IMG/VR virus record: IMGVR_UViG_3300003690_003472
Coordinates: 64,001-128,000 of that record
Length of the DNA: 64,000 bases
Reading direction: 5' to 3' (one strand)
Source: a virus
In this document: piece after piece, positions 10,601 through 20,600 of the stretch
Layout: each line of letters begins with the position of its first letter
How positions within the stretch are numbered: the first letter of the stretch is position 1
Translations under genes and position numbers: made by a program
The notes under the pieces: generated by a model
The model's input: the letters and a program-made list of their open reading frames with translations, nothing else
Told to the model about the DNA's origin: nothing
The model's database searches: none

Positions 10601-11570
10601 AGAATATCAAGATTATACGCAAGCTGTTGAGGAAGACGATTCGCCCGATAAAATGTTGTCACTTTTTAGTGGGAATACATTTAATTTAAATAAGTTAGAA
10701 ACCACATATATGTGGGATAAACCACCGATTTTCCCTGATGTGCAATTTGTTCCTCTTTATGGTGAAAAAAATAAAATATTAATAAATGCTAATTTCAACA
10801 TAGGAGAATATGAATTAAATCCAATTTCTATTATGTGGGGCAATCTTGCCTCCCCCAATACGCCGATAGGCGCGTCCATCAACTTCAATAAAGCAAGAAT
10901 GAATCAACACAAAATACAAGGCAAAATCACTTTCAAAAGTGATGATTTTTGTGGACAAATAGAAATATTAAGAATAGATAAAAAGCCAACCTCTTATCAA
11001 GATTTTTGGCCAGAATCCGAAACACGAATAGCGACAGTTGGTGAGGGTGCTTCTAATTTTGGATTTATAGATGATACTTTAATTCCTAATAAAAATTATT
11101 ATTATATTTTAAGAGAAATAGATTCACACGGCAATTATTCTAATCCATCACCGGTATATATGGTTAGAATTATAAACAAAGAGGCAGAAGCTCCTTATAC
11201 TATTTTTAAAATGTTTTTTATGTCAGAACTCACAGAAAAAAAACCTGCTCATGGAAAAAAATTCATGAAATATATAAGAATTCAACCCTCTTTGAAGCAT
11301 GCTAGTTTTCCCGAGGAGCTTCCCGCCCCAGGTGCACATGTGTTTAAATTCAATAATGTTCAAACTCTTCTTGGGCAAGTTAAGGACATCAATCCGTTGT
11401 CCCCCCAAAAGGTACCCGTATGGGGGCAAAAATTTAGATTTAGATTTACTAGCAAAAAGACTGGTAGGAAATTTGATTTAAACTTGACAGTTAAAGATGT
11501 GGAGACACTAGAAAAGGAATATGCGACCAGTGTTGGTGAACCAGATAAATATAGTTCAGGAAAATGTTAA
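7638..11570 (+). CDS. Very large virion protein (1310 aa) with FN3/Ig-like segments near the C-terminus
   Basis: YIDTQVKFDKGYYYQIYA and FIDDTLIPNKNYYYILREIDSHGNYSNPS resemble fibronectin-III end motifs. Confidence 0.5.
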   Translation: MPFFKDPTTGEIVSTEELFESAIYEKNEFVSIKSAQAKITIAPYNMPAEFVYQAGKTSKDGAPIKMKQIGGTTTWIAKFLGINALKEFVITAGGAWQWPKFQSYAHPRWNPWNYSPSEYSLDGIVNVAYLAGNMTALVNATESPDGGLYFTGFTFDPASPGIHSLPVDPIRRAFFSFLEFKKHKVPIGDFETFDTDFTVQMRAHCKGVGYAALMEISPTANWTPSSNFADCGYDEPFPGHPQKLKYFDSERAYNDKTIANIADFAERLTLISGYKGDQIFSKMWWTLPAIIEKHIDPTYNLLWAWAPPDPITGEVQKKIQEVVVDSPEFYRDSYCHIDKPFLEMAYQEDIGEKTGLASPVNIKAHYNFRLLPYENLISDNPSTGILIKTHPNATTTHTIPESILPNIYALIYDWKSDEASYRYSDLGSFMPVAWWMTGGPGQTGGTTNNSLAFLKKDKGPWFAPAIKDKLSPNLSDLVAISENDMLVFGRLLMPEGTGIAAYLNNFIKTFKDFSDGHGTFSGEWGGGSGAAYAPGDWKFFQSRGGVKSPQRQVAEKKYHIIGISADEMKNFTDEANKLKKMFPMHIDINIPAVNKGKVGKILYENNLFDIFMQNVMAALWPRTLHDMEATHSVISSEVKINPTGMDGPAVIEGAPIIKSDAYAAEFSKKAMGKAFFTTPIRNTLFYEDIIKLPLNSILQSSDLLLDLDSAPASPNGTIGSDLSPQQPINWWLQGLPSQYWEWITMNDAPEYIHQINKFRAQLHPEFSGLLATDYTLHASEGNNLMVGKPIIFGKKGQNQPNLLSALEWYTALGQIRALVNDRVRGVKEIYEGKEAYAEVLFYEIVKYQSQIGPHLEIPGAGGSKYIPLGGPSPSQSDQDNDMFAMATGPGRNFIQSIFIPNIPGQNTLNYIDTQVKFDKGYYYQIYAHTFVVGTQYELEKGLHNPKEHGGTLSQWDLSYKVKPDVSLMRIPYYNTFATANEVVKMNAVEYQDYTQAVEEDDSPDKMLSLFSGNTFNLNKLETTYMWDKPPIFPDVQFVPLYGEKNKILINANFNIGEYELNPISIMWGNLASPNTPIGASINFNKARMNQHKIQGKITFKSDDFCGQIEILRIDKKPTSYQDFWPESETRIATVGEGASNFGFIDDTLIPNKNYYYILREIDSHGNYSNPSPVYMVRIINKEAEAPYTIFKMFFMSELTEKKPAHGKKFMKYIRIQPSLKHASFPEELPAPGAHVFKFNNVQTLLGQVKDINPLSPQKVPVWGQKFRFRFTSKKTGRKFDLNLTVKDVETLEKEYATSVGEPDKYSSGKC

Positions 11571-11597
11571 TAAAAGGATTGAAAACGATAAAAACTT

Positions 11598-11605
11598 ACT
11601 ATTTA
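11598..11605 (+). promoter_or_regulatory. Putative late promoter motif ACTATTTA
   Basis: Intergenic, followed by SD AAGGAG (11615) and ATG 11628. The motif recurs before about 11 structural genes. Confidence 0.6.
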
Positions 11606-11627
11606 ATTAAGATAAAGGAGTATTATT

Positions 11628-12593
11628 ATGGCTTTTTTGGATAATAGCGGTGACATTATATTAGATGCAGTTTTAACAGATGCTGGCAGAAAAAGATTAG
11701 CAGAGGGCGATGGTTCTTTCAGAATCACAAAATATGCCTTTGGAGACGACGAGATAGATTATTCTAACTTTGACGCAAACAACCTTAGTGGTTCTGCTTA
11801 TTATGATTTAGAAATTTTACAAACTCCAGTGTTAGAAGCATTTACTAATAATACCGCAAACATGAAATCTAAGTTGATTACTTTAACAAATAATAATATT
11901 CTTTATTTACCTATGGTTGTTTTAAATCAAATAAATAATAGAACTAAAATGAACAACAATATAGGCTCCGGATCTGTTGTTGTTACCGTAGATCAAGACA
12001 CAACGAGTCAATTCAATATCTTAGACAATGATCAAGGGGGCACATTAGGATTTTTTATTGCAGGAGATGATCCCGGCAGTACCATGTCTAGAGATATTCG
12101 CGTAGATCAAGGATTAAACACTACTGAAATTTCAGATGCTTATAAGATCGATGCTGAATTACAAGAAAATCAATATATTGTTGAACTCGATAATAGATTT
12201 GGCACTATAACGACAGGAATAATAAAGGGGAATGGCAACGATCCCGGTACTCCAACTTCTTTTTCTTTTATTGATGATGATAATATTGCTAGTTATTATT
12301 TATCTACTCCAGCATATGTCAAAAGCACTCCCCCCGCACCAATAAACTCCGACGACGAAACAGCACTGGAAAATAAAGCAATCGCTGGCCCTCGCGGCAC
12401 ACATTGTGTTTTTAGAATTAGGGCCTCCACAAATTTAAGAACTAGCACATATTTATTTGAAAGACTAGGTAGTACCTTTAATCAAGATAGCGATGAATAT
12501 TATTATTTAGATACGACAATAAGAGTAACTGGTGCAACGACAGGATACAAGATAGACATTCCAGTAAGATTTGTAAAATGTAAATCTTGCTAG
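11628..12593 (+). CDS. Putative baseplate/tail-collar-like structural protein
   Basis: LTDAGRKRLAEG..RITKYAFGD resembles the N-terminus of phage tail-collar fibre (DUF3751-like) proteins. Strong SD. Confidence 0.55.
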   Translation: MAFLDNSGDIILDAVLTDAGRKRLAEGDGSFRITKYAFGDDEIDYSNFDANNLSGSAYYDLEILQTPVLEAFTNNTANMKSKLITLTNNNILYLPMVVLNQINNRTKMNNNIGSGSVVVTVDQDTTSQFNILDNDQGGTLGFFIAGDDPGSTMSRDIRVDQGLNTTEISDAYKIDAELQENQYIVELDNRFGTITTGIIKGNGNDPGTPTSFSFIDDDNIASYYLSTPAYVKSTPPAPINSDDETALENKAIAGPRGTHCVFRIRASTNLRTSTYLFERLGSTFNQDSDEYYYLDTTIRVTGATTGYKIDIPVRFVKCKSC

Positions 12594-12617
12594 AATTTTT
12601 TAAGGAAGGTAAAATAC

Positions 12618-13709
12618 ATGGCTACTACATTTAAAACATTTTTAAACAACGACATCGCAACCACAAGAACACTTCTTCATGAAGCAATTCCTGTGACAGG
12701 TACAATTGTTTCTGGCACATACGCAGACAATAATATTAAAAATTATTCTCACGGCATCTTTCAGTCGGTTTATGATTATCCTTATTTAAGTTCTTCTGCA
12801 AATCATATTTTTGATATTACTGTAGGCTTTAGTACGGGCAGCGATTTCAGTTCTGATACGGATACTCAGCTTAATAAAAAGCGCAATATTTATGATCAAA
12901 TGGCCCAAGTTTTAGTACCTTATGATATTTCTGGTAATGTTAGACCATTTGACCAAGATGGGAACTTATATGAAACAGGAGATGGCAAGATACATGATGC
13001 ATTCTTTCTAAATTTTGCTAGACTGATCACAAAAGATGAAATTAAAAAAGGTAGTTTTGAAGTAGTATTTTTTACTGGCTCTACTTTAGCAACCAGCTAT
13101 TCTGACGAAACGATGACAATTAGTGATTATGGTGCTGCATCTAGTTTTAATGTTAATTCTCCCACTGGAGAATATGGCCTTCTTTATACTAGTTCTGCTA
13201 GTCCTAACGACGACAGCGCCGTAGGGCATGTTTATTATCAAGCAGGTATTGCTGTTATAACTGCTAGTATTTTCACTGATGATTTTCTAGAGCCCGGCGA
13301 CCCTTCCGATGGGATTGAGACACATTGTGAATTCGGCGCACCCGGAGCAACATATGATACTAGTAGCTATGAAGCTGTTTTATCTGCTTCTTCTATTCAA
13401 TCTTTTGCTGATGGTGTTAGAAATAGATTATATAGTTTTGAATTTAATAATACTACTGAACTTAATTCAACGATTTATTTTTGCCGAGCAAACACGGGAG
13501 ATTATAATTATTCTTCGAATCCAACTTATATAAGCGCTAGCAAACTTCGTGTCAAGGGAGACAACCCCTTTGCACAGCCGATTTCATATATAACCACTAT
13601 CGGTCTTTATTCTTCTCAAAACGAATTATTAGCAGTTGCTAAACTTTCAGAGCCACTCAAAAAGACTCCAAGCAATGAGCTAACTTTACGTGTGAGATTA
13701 GATTACTAA
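12618..13709 (+). CDS. Virion structural protein with a tail-collar-like C-terminal motif
   Basis: C-terminus ITTIGLYSSQNELLAVAKLSEPLKKTPSNELTLRVRLDY. SD AAGGAAGGT. Confidence 0.6.
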   Translation: MATTFKTFLNNDIATTRTLLHEAIPVTGTIVSGTYADNNIKNYSHGIFQSVYDYPYLSSSANHIFDITVGFSTGSDFSSDTDTQLNKKRNIYDQMAQVLVPYDISGNVRPFDQDGNLYETGDGKIHDAFFLNFARLITKDEIKKGSFEVVFFTGSTLATSYSDETMTISDYGAASSFNVNSPTGEYGLLYTSSASPNDDSAVGHVYYQAGIAVITASIFTDDFLEPGDPSDGIETHCEFGAPGATYDTSSYEAVLSASSIQSFADGVRNRLYSFEFNNTTELNSTIYFCRANTGDYNYSSNPTYISASKLRVKGDNPFAQPISYITTIGLYSSQNELLAVAKLSEPLKKTPSNELTLRVRLDY

Positions 13710-13713
13710 TGTT

Positions 13714-14928
13714 ATGCCATATTATGAATTTAAAAAGAAAAACATTCTTAGAAACACACTAGTAACACATCCTGAATGTATATTCGATATTAACGATAGA
13801 AATATTTATTTAAACAAACTTAGTGCAATCTCTGGTGCTTATGTTGATAATGCAACAATGGTGCCAGTCGGACACACCAGCTTATATGAACTAAACGTTG
13901 ACAGAGATGAGAGCGCTCATACATACGACCCAGAAACTGGTGGTGGTGTTAAATCTTTAATCTTTCCTTTTACTGTAAAAGATAGTAGCCTAACATCTAT
14001 TGGAACAGTTACTGACGCAACTTATAATACTTCATATCAATATGGTGATACACTTACTGGATCTTATCCAATGTCTGCTAGTATAACTAGGGAAAGGTTT
14101 GCCACCGGTGTTACCACTCGAAGTCATATATCAGCTTTAAAAAATACATTAAATTATTATACATATTTAACTAAGTATTATTCCTTTTCATCGTCCTTTG
14201 GTGACAAAGCAACGCAAGAGGCCAATTTAATAAGCATCCCATCTATATTTTTTGATAGCGGCATAAAGCCGGGAACTGTTGATTTGAAATTTTTTATTAG
14301 TGGTACTTTGGTAGCACAAGCAACAGATAAAAATAAGAATGGTGAATTAATTCAAGTTAGTGGTACAGCATATGCTCAAACAAATGGTTCTACCTCTGTT
14401 GCAGGTGTTGTTTTATATAATGAAGGATTTATTTTATTAACTGGTAGTTGGGATTTAACAGAAAATACGTATGATTTTGGAGTAACAAATAGACAGGGCC
14501 AGTGGTGCGATTTTGCGGCCGGTGCCAATGATGGATCTGATATAAGCCTAACTCCTAGTGCAAGTTTTAGAATTGGATTTCAAGGAACAAACGAAATTAC
14601 AACAATGGAAATGTATGCAATTGCACCTAAAGGGTATTTAAATCACTCTAGTAATCCAACTTATAAATCATACACTAGCGCCTCTTTGTGGGGTACTGTA
14701 GGAAGCGTTCAAAGTAGTTCATATATAGAATCTGCAGATGTGCCTATTAAAAATACAATTAGTGGTTCAATTTGCAATTTTTCTTCTTCCTTTAAAAAGC
14801 AAACATTTATTAGTAAAATAGGTATATATGACGATCAAAGAAAATTAATTGCTGTTGCTAATTTAGCCACCCCAGTTAAAAAAACAGAAGAACGCGCCTT
14901 AACTTTTAAGTTAAAATTAGACTTTTAA
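13714..14928 (+). CDS. Virion structural protein, paralog of 12618
   Basis: C-terminus ISKIGIYDDQRKLIAVANLATPVKKTEERALTFKLKLDF. Internal GVVLYNEGFILLTGS matches GHVYYQAGIAVITAS of 12618. Confidence 0.6.
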   Translation: MPYYEFKKKNILRNTLVTHPECIFDINDRNIYLNKLSAISGAYVDNATMVPVGHTSLYELNVDRDESAHTYDPETGGGVKSLIFPFTVKDSSLTSIGTVTDATYNTSYQYGDTLTGSYPMSASITRERFATGVTTRSHISALKNTLNYYTYLTKYYSFSSSFGDKATQEANLISIPSIFFDSGIKPGTVDLKFFISGTLVAQATDKNKNGELIQVSGTAYAQTNGSTSVAGVVLYNEGFILLTGSWDLTENTYDFGVTNRQGQWCDFAAGANDGSDISLTPSASFRIGFQGTNEITTMEMYAIAPKGYLNHSSNPTYKSYTSASLWGTVGSVQSSSYIESADVPIKNTISGSICNFSSSFKKQTFISKIGIYDDQRKLIAVANLATPVKKTEERALTFKLKLDF

Positions 14929-14945
14929 AAAGAGATTAAAATAAA

Positions 14946-15494
14946 ATGATATTAGGATTAGATGTTTCAACCAGCATTACTGGTTATGCAGTGTTAGATT
15001 ATGAAGGAAAAATTATACGTTGCGGTGCATGGGATATGCGCAATAAAAACAGATTCAAAGATCATTTTGAAAAGGCGGTTTTTATCAAAGATGAGATATG
15101 CTTGATGAAAGCTCAGTTGCCGATTCAAAATATACATATTGAACAACCTTTTACTTTTTTTAATTCAGGTGGCTCTTCCGCAACAACAATGGCTTCCCTT
15201 CAAAAATTTAATGGTATAGTTTCATGGATTTGCTATGATATTTTTAATATTATACCACAATATTTAACCGCAGGAGAAGCAAGAAAAGCTTGTGGAATAA
15301 GAATCTTAAGAGGGCAAAAAGCAAAAAAAGTTGTTATACGATGGCTACTTAAGGAAGAGCCTGATTTTAAAGTAGAATACACTTCTCAAGGAAATCCAAA
15401 GCCAAAATATTATGACATGGCAGATTCGTTAATAATTGCCAAGGCCGCTCACCGCCTACTTGGTGAGATAAAAACAAAAGAAGGAAATTCTTGA
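14946..15494 (+). CDS. RuvC-like Holliday junction resolvase
   Basis: MILGLDVSTSITGYAV (catalytic D), HIEQP (catalytic E) and C-terminal DMADSLIIA, matching the RNase H-fold RuvC pattern. Confidence 0.8.
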   Translation: MILGLDVSTSITGYAVLDYEGKIIRCGAWDMRNKNRFKDHFEKAVFIKDEICLMKAQLPIQNIHIEQPFTFFNSGGSSATTMASLQKFNGIVSWICYDIFNIIPQYLTAGEARKACGIRILRGQKAKKVVIRWLLKEEPDFKVEYTSQGNPKPKYYDMADSLIIAKAAHRLLGEIKTKEGNS

Positions 15495-15519
15495 TTTTTT
15501 ATTTTTCTTATGTTATGAT
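15491..15519 (+). promoter_or_regulatory. Sigma70-type promoter with extended -10 (primase)
   Basis: TTGATT(15491)-17 nt-TATGAT(15514), preceded by TATGn. The ATG begins 7 nt after the -10 box ends. Confidence 0.65.
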
Positions 15520-15525
15520 ACGTAT

Positions 15526-16455
15526 ATGAATTCTGAAAAGATTCAAATTCTCAGAGAAATATTGGGAGACTATTATAAGTCAAACGATGAATATTTATTC
15601 TTTTGTTCTTTTTGTGGGCACCACAAAAGAAAAATGTCAGTAAACATATCCAAAAATACATACAAATGTTGGATATGTGACAGTAGGGGTCGGAATTTAT
15701 ATTATCTTGTAAAGAGGTTTGGCAATTATCATCATCGTCAAGTGTGGAGAAGTTTTGAAGAAACTGTCGACATGTCAGATTTTGATAATATATTTGAGAA
15801 AAAAGAAGAAGAAGTAACACAACGAGTTAGACTTCCAAATGAATTTGTTTGTCTTGCAAATACAAACTTACCTTTTACAGCAAAAGCTCCTTTAAAATAT
15901 CTTAAAAAACGCAAAGTTACTGAGTATGATATATTAAAATGGAAGATAGGATATTGTGATGATGGAGAATATAGAAACAGAATTATTATACCCTCTTTTA
16001 GTTTGGATGGATATTGTGATTATTTTATCGCTAGAACTCATACAAAGGATTGGTTAAAATATAAGAACCCACCGGTATCTAAAAATATTGTTTTTAATGA
16101 ATTGATGATTAATTGGAACGAACCAATTACTTTAGTTGAGGGTGTATTCGATGCAATTAATGCTGAAAATTCGGTGCCACTACTAGGCTCAACACTGAGC
16201 ACTCACTCTAAGCTCTTTAAAGCTATTCTGACGCACTCTAGGCGAATATATGTAGCCCTCGACCAAGACGCCGAGAAAAAGGCTTTAAGCATCATTAACG
16301 CGCTTATTTCGCACGGTGTCGAAGTTTACAAAATTAATACATCTGATTATGAAGATGTTGGAGAAATGACAAAAGAACAGTTTAAAGAGAAAAAACAGGA
16401 AGCTTCTTTAATTGATTCAAGTTCATTATTAATTCAAAAAATATTACAAATTTAA
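15526..16455 (+). CDS. DnaG-type DNA primase (zinc ribbon + TOPRIM)
   Basis: CSFCGH...CWIC zinc-binding domain, YRNRIIIP, TOPRIM LVEGVFDA and ALDQDAE. Confidence 0.9.
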   Translation: MNSEKIQILREILGDYYKSNDEYLFFCSFCGHHKRKMSVNISKNTYKCWICDSRGRNLYYLVKRFGNYHHRQVWRSFEETVDMSDFDNIFEKKEEEVTQRVRLPNEFVCLANTNLPFTAKAPLKYLKKRKVTEYDILKWKIGYCDDGEYRNRIIIPSFSLDGYCDYFIARTHTKDWLKYKNPPVSKNIVFNELMINWNEPITLVEGVFDAINAENSVPLLGSTLSTHSKLFKAILTHSRRIYVALDQDAEKKALSIINALISHGVEVYKINTSDYEDVGEMTKEQFKEKKQEASLIDSSSLLIQKILQI

Positions 16456-16456
16456 C

Positions 16457-16485
16457 TTTATACAATAATAAAAGTGTGATACGAT
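16457..16485 (+). promoter_or_regulatory. Sigma70-type promoter with extended -10 (parB-like gene)
   Basis: TTTATA(16457)-17 nt-TACGAT(16480), preceded by TGTGn. Confidence 0.55.
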
Positions 16486-16494
16486 AATCTTATA

Positions 16495-16534
16495 GCTCGT
16501 AAATGAGCATTTAAATAAGACCCTGTAAATAGGG
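16495..16534 (+). promoter_or_regulatory. Twin 5'-UTR hairpins with identical GTAAAT loops
   Basis: GCTC-GTAAAT-GAGC (16495-16508) and CCCT-GTAAAT-AGGG (16521-16534). Confidence 0.55.
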
Positions 16535-16547
16535 CAATAAGGAAAAT

Positions 16548-17588
16548 ATGAAAAAATGGAGCCCAACGGTATTATACCATTCTAAATTAGTAGATCTACA
16601 CCAAATTGCTTATGTCAAAAAAGGCGTACAATCTAGAATATCTGGCTTAGACTTAGACAATCTTAAAAATATCGAACGCAGTATTGAAGTAGAGGGCTTG
16701 AAAGAAGAGGTTCACGTGGAGGTCATTAATGCTGACCCCACAGATGAAAACAAATCTGAATATATTCTTCGCTCTGGTTGCCATCGATATTCTGCATATA
16801 AAAATCTCAAAAAGAAACATAAAAATAGTTCTAAATACGATTTGATTAAGTGCGTCGTTTATGAAAAACACACGGGCGCATCTTCTCAATTTGACTGGCT
16901 TCAATGGCAGCACCAAGAAAATGAACACATGACAAAAGCACATCGTGCTAACTCTTTAGATGATTCGATTTTTACTGCCTACACTCTTTTAACGGGTGGT
17001 CATTTAGATGCTAGGGCAGCAAATCTTATAAAAACAAAAAAAGGCTGGACTAATCCCCTCATTAATAAAGTGCTCATGGGGTGGTTTAAGGAAAACTGCA
17101 GAGGCCTTTCATATGACGAAAGAGATAAGATGGTTACTAAAGTATATGAATGCGGAAACCAAATTCGCAATGCTCAAATTAAGCGATATACTCGCGCTGA
17201 ACTAGAAAGTGTTCTTTTAATTAATTATGGGATTGAAAAGTCTGGAGATATAGATCCTTGTACTGGTGTTAGAGTTTATGTAGCTAGTGAACAAGATTGC
17301 TGGACAAAAGCGCTTACACCTGTTGCAAATCTGATCAAAGATAATCCTGTGAATAGAACGCCTCATCATATCATTTTTCATTGTCGTAAGGGAGATGCGA
17401 AACACATTAACACACGAAGAGATTATCTTCGAGATATGGTAAAAACAATTAATGCATGGTTTAAAGAAAATGTACCAGAAACTGTACTTGGTAAAGGATT
17501 TTCACCGATATCTGAAATTAAATATCTTGGTCAAAAAATTCAACTAGGGGAGAACCCCAATCAATTAATTTCTGTTAAAATTAAATAA
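16548..17588 (+). CDS. ParB/Srx-like N-terminal domain protein
   Basis: QSR..LDLDNLKNIERSIEVEGLKEEVHV...YILRSGCHRYSAYKNL matches the ParBc pattern (Q.R....L..SI...G....YxlxxGxxRxxA). Confidence 0.7.
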   Translation: MKKWSPTVLYHSKLVDLHQIAYVKKGVQSRISGLDLDNLKNIERSIEVEGLKEEVHVEVINADPTDENKSEYILRSGCHRYSAYKNLKKKHKNSSKYDLIKCVVYEKHTGASSQFDWLQWQHQENEHMTKAHRANSLDDSIFTAYTLLTGGHLDARAANLIKTKKGWTNPLINKVLMGWFKENCRGLSYDERDKMVTKVYECGNQIRNAQIKRYTRAELESVLLINYGIEKSGDIDPCTGVRVYVASEQDCWTKALTPVANLIKDNPVNRTPHHIIFHCRKGDAKHINTRRDYLRDMVKTINAWFKENVPETVLGKGFSPISEIKYLGQKIQLGENPNQLISVKIK

Positions 17589-17624
17589 TAAATAATTTGA
17601 ATATCATAAAAGAAAAGGAAAAGG

Positions 17625-17653
17625 TTGACACTTTAAAACAAGTGTGATAACGT
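17625..17653 (+). promoter_or_regulatory. Sigma70-type promoter with extended -10 (SbcCD fusion)
   Basis: TTGACA(17625)-17 nt-TAACGT(17648), preceded by TGTGn. The ATG is at 17661. Confidence 0.7.
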
Positions 17654-17660
17654 ATATTCA

Positions 17661-20600
17661 ATGAAGTTTGCTCATATCGCTGATACCCATATCAAAAATC
17701 TTAAATATCATCATGAATATCGAATTGTTTTCGATAAATTATATGAAAAGCTAAAAGAAGAAAAGGTTGATTATATAATTCATTGCGGTGACATGGCACA
17801 TACTAAGACTCAAATATCACCAGAGTTTGTAGAAATGTGCACTAATTTTTTAAGGAACTTAGCAAATATCGCACCTACGTATGTAATATTGGGGAATCAT
17901 GATGGGAATCTCAAAAACTCCAGTAGACAAGATGCATTAACGCCAATTGTTGATGCACTAGAACATAAAGATCTTCATTTATTGAAGAACTCGGGGGAGG
18001 TGTGTCTAAATGGTGGGTTTACTATTAACGTATTGTCTGTATTTGATCGCGATAATTGGGCCAATATTTCTGATACCAATCGGATTAATATTGCACTTTA
18101 TCACGGGTCTATATCGAATAGCGAAACTGATCTTGGATGGGTTATGGAACATGGGGAAGATGATGTATCAATTTTCAAAGGATACGATTTTGCTTTCTTG
18201 GGGGACATTCATAAAACCAACCAAGTTTTAGATAAAAAAAAGAAAATTAGATACGCAGGTTCAACCGTACAACAAAATCATGGCGAAACTAACGATAAAG
18301 GTTTTTTGATTTGGGATATAAAAGATAAAGATAGCTTTACTTGTAAGCATATTACATTAGAAAATCCTAAACCTTTTATTACAATAGAACTAACTCCCAA
18401 AGGAAGGTTACCCAACAAAATTAAAGTTCCTTCTGGTGCAAGATTGCGATTAGTTTCTAATAACAACTTGCCTCTAGATACAATGAAAAAAGCAGTTGAA
18501 ATTGCTAAACATCGTTTTAAGCCTGAAAGTATTACATTTTTAAATCGCGCCGCTGGTCAACGAGGAAACATAGAAGAATTTGCTGATGGATTAGTCGCTG
18601 ATAATCTTAGAGATCCAGTTATACAAGAAGAACTAATCAGAGAATATTTAAAAGATTTCCAACCAGAAGAAGATTTATTTAAACGTGTTCTAAGGCTTAA
18701 TTCTAAATATAATATAGCGGCTGAAGACCAAGAAGAAGTGGGAAGAAATGTTAATTGGAAATTAGAATCGTTAGAATGGGATAATTTATTTAATTATGGA
18801 AGTGGGAATCGGATCAGCTTTAGCAAGCTTCACGGAATCGTTGGGATATTCGGAAAGAATTTTAGTGGTAAATCTAGCATTATTGACAGCATGCTTTATA
18901 CTCTTTTTAATTCCACTAGTAAAAATGAGAGGAAAAATTTCAACATTATTAACCAAAATAAAAACCATGGTATGGGAAAGGTTGAAATTTCAATAGGAAA
19001 TAAAAAATATATAGTTCAAAGAAGTTCTGAAAAATATATTAAAAAACTTAAAGGCGAAGAAACACTAGAGGCAAAAACTGATTTAAATTTTGAATGTTAT
19101 GATAAGGTCACCAGAGAAACTCAAAGTCTTAATGGATTGACAAGAAATGAAACCGACAGAATTATAAGAAAACACTTTGGAACACTAGAAGATTTTCTTC
19201 TAACTTCAATGTCTTCGCAACTCGGCGCACTTCAATTTATTAGCGAGGGATCAACAAGACGAAAAGAAATTCTTGCAAAATTTCTTGATCTTGAGATGTT
19301 TGAGAAGAAGTATAAAATGGCAAAAGAAGATGCATCAGACTTTAGGGGCGCTTTAAAGCGTTTAGAGGGAAAAGAGTTTGATGATGATATCTTCACAGCT
19401 GAAAAAGATATCATTTTTAATGAGGCACAAACGCGCACCCACTCTGAAAGTTGTGAAATTATTAAAGAAAACTTAGTAGAACTTCAACAAAAAATAGATG
19501 AGATTCAAAAATCTATTGATTCCATCCCAACCGAAATTATTGATATTGAAAAAATCACTAGCCAATATAGTGAAAAAGAAAAACAGGCTGCGCATATTAT
19601 TGCTGACATTATTAATCTACAAGACAAACAAGTAGAAAAGGAAGACCTTCTCAAGAAAATTGATGAATTTGTCGATACTTTTAATATAGAAGAGTTACAC
19701 GAAAAGAAAAATTTAACCACAGAAAAAATTGCTTTAATAAATAAAATTAGTGATGAACTGTGCGCAATAGAAAACAGTCTAATAGTAAAGGAAAAAAAGA
19801 AACAACTTTTAGAAGAAGTGCCATGTGGAGATAAATATCCTAATTGCAAATTCATTTGTGATGCGCACAGTGCAGCAAACGAATTGTTTGATTTAACAAA
19901 AGAAGTAAAGAGTCTAAATGAAACTGCAGATAAAATTAATAAAGAAATAGAAACATTAGATCCAGAATACAAAATTGATGAACATTTAGAAAAATACAAT
20001 CAACTGCTTTACAAAAAGAAAGATATTGATAATGAAATTTCTACCACAAAGATTTTAATTGAAAAAAATGAAATTGCTTTAAAGTCTGTAGAAAAAGAAG
20101 CTATAGAGCTAGAGCAGCAGAAAAATATATATTATGATAACAAAGACATTATTGAAAATAAAGGATCGTTTATTAAGGAGCTAGCAAAAGAAAAGATACT
20201 TTATTTAGAAAAAGAAGAAGAATTAAAAGAATGTTTAGATGCTTTAATGGAGCTTTATAAAGAACACGGCTCTTTAGAGCAAAAACTAACTTCGCTTCAA
20301 GAACAAAAACAAGAACTAGCAGATCTTCGTGAAGATTATGCCGCATATGATTTATTTATGCAATGTATGCATAGCAATGGTATTTCATATGATATTATTA
20401 AAAGGAAGCTTCCAGTAATCAATAATGAAATTGCAAAGGTATTAGCCAATGTAGTTAATTTTGAGGTTTTTTTTGAAAACGATGGAAGACATTTAAGAAT
20501 TCTTATTAAACATCCAAGCCACGAACCAAGACCAATCGAAATGGGAAGTGGGGCAGAAAAAACAATTGCTGCAATGGCAATTCGTTTAGCGCTTTTGTCT

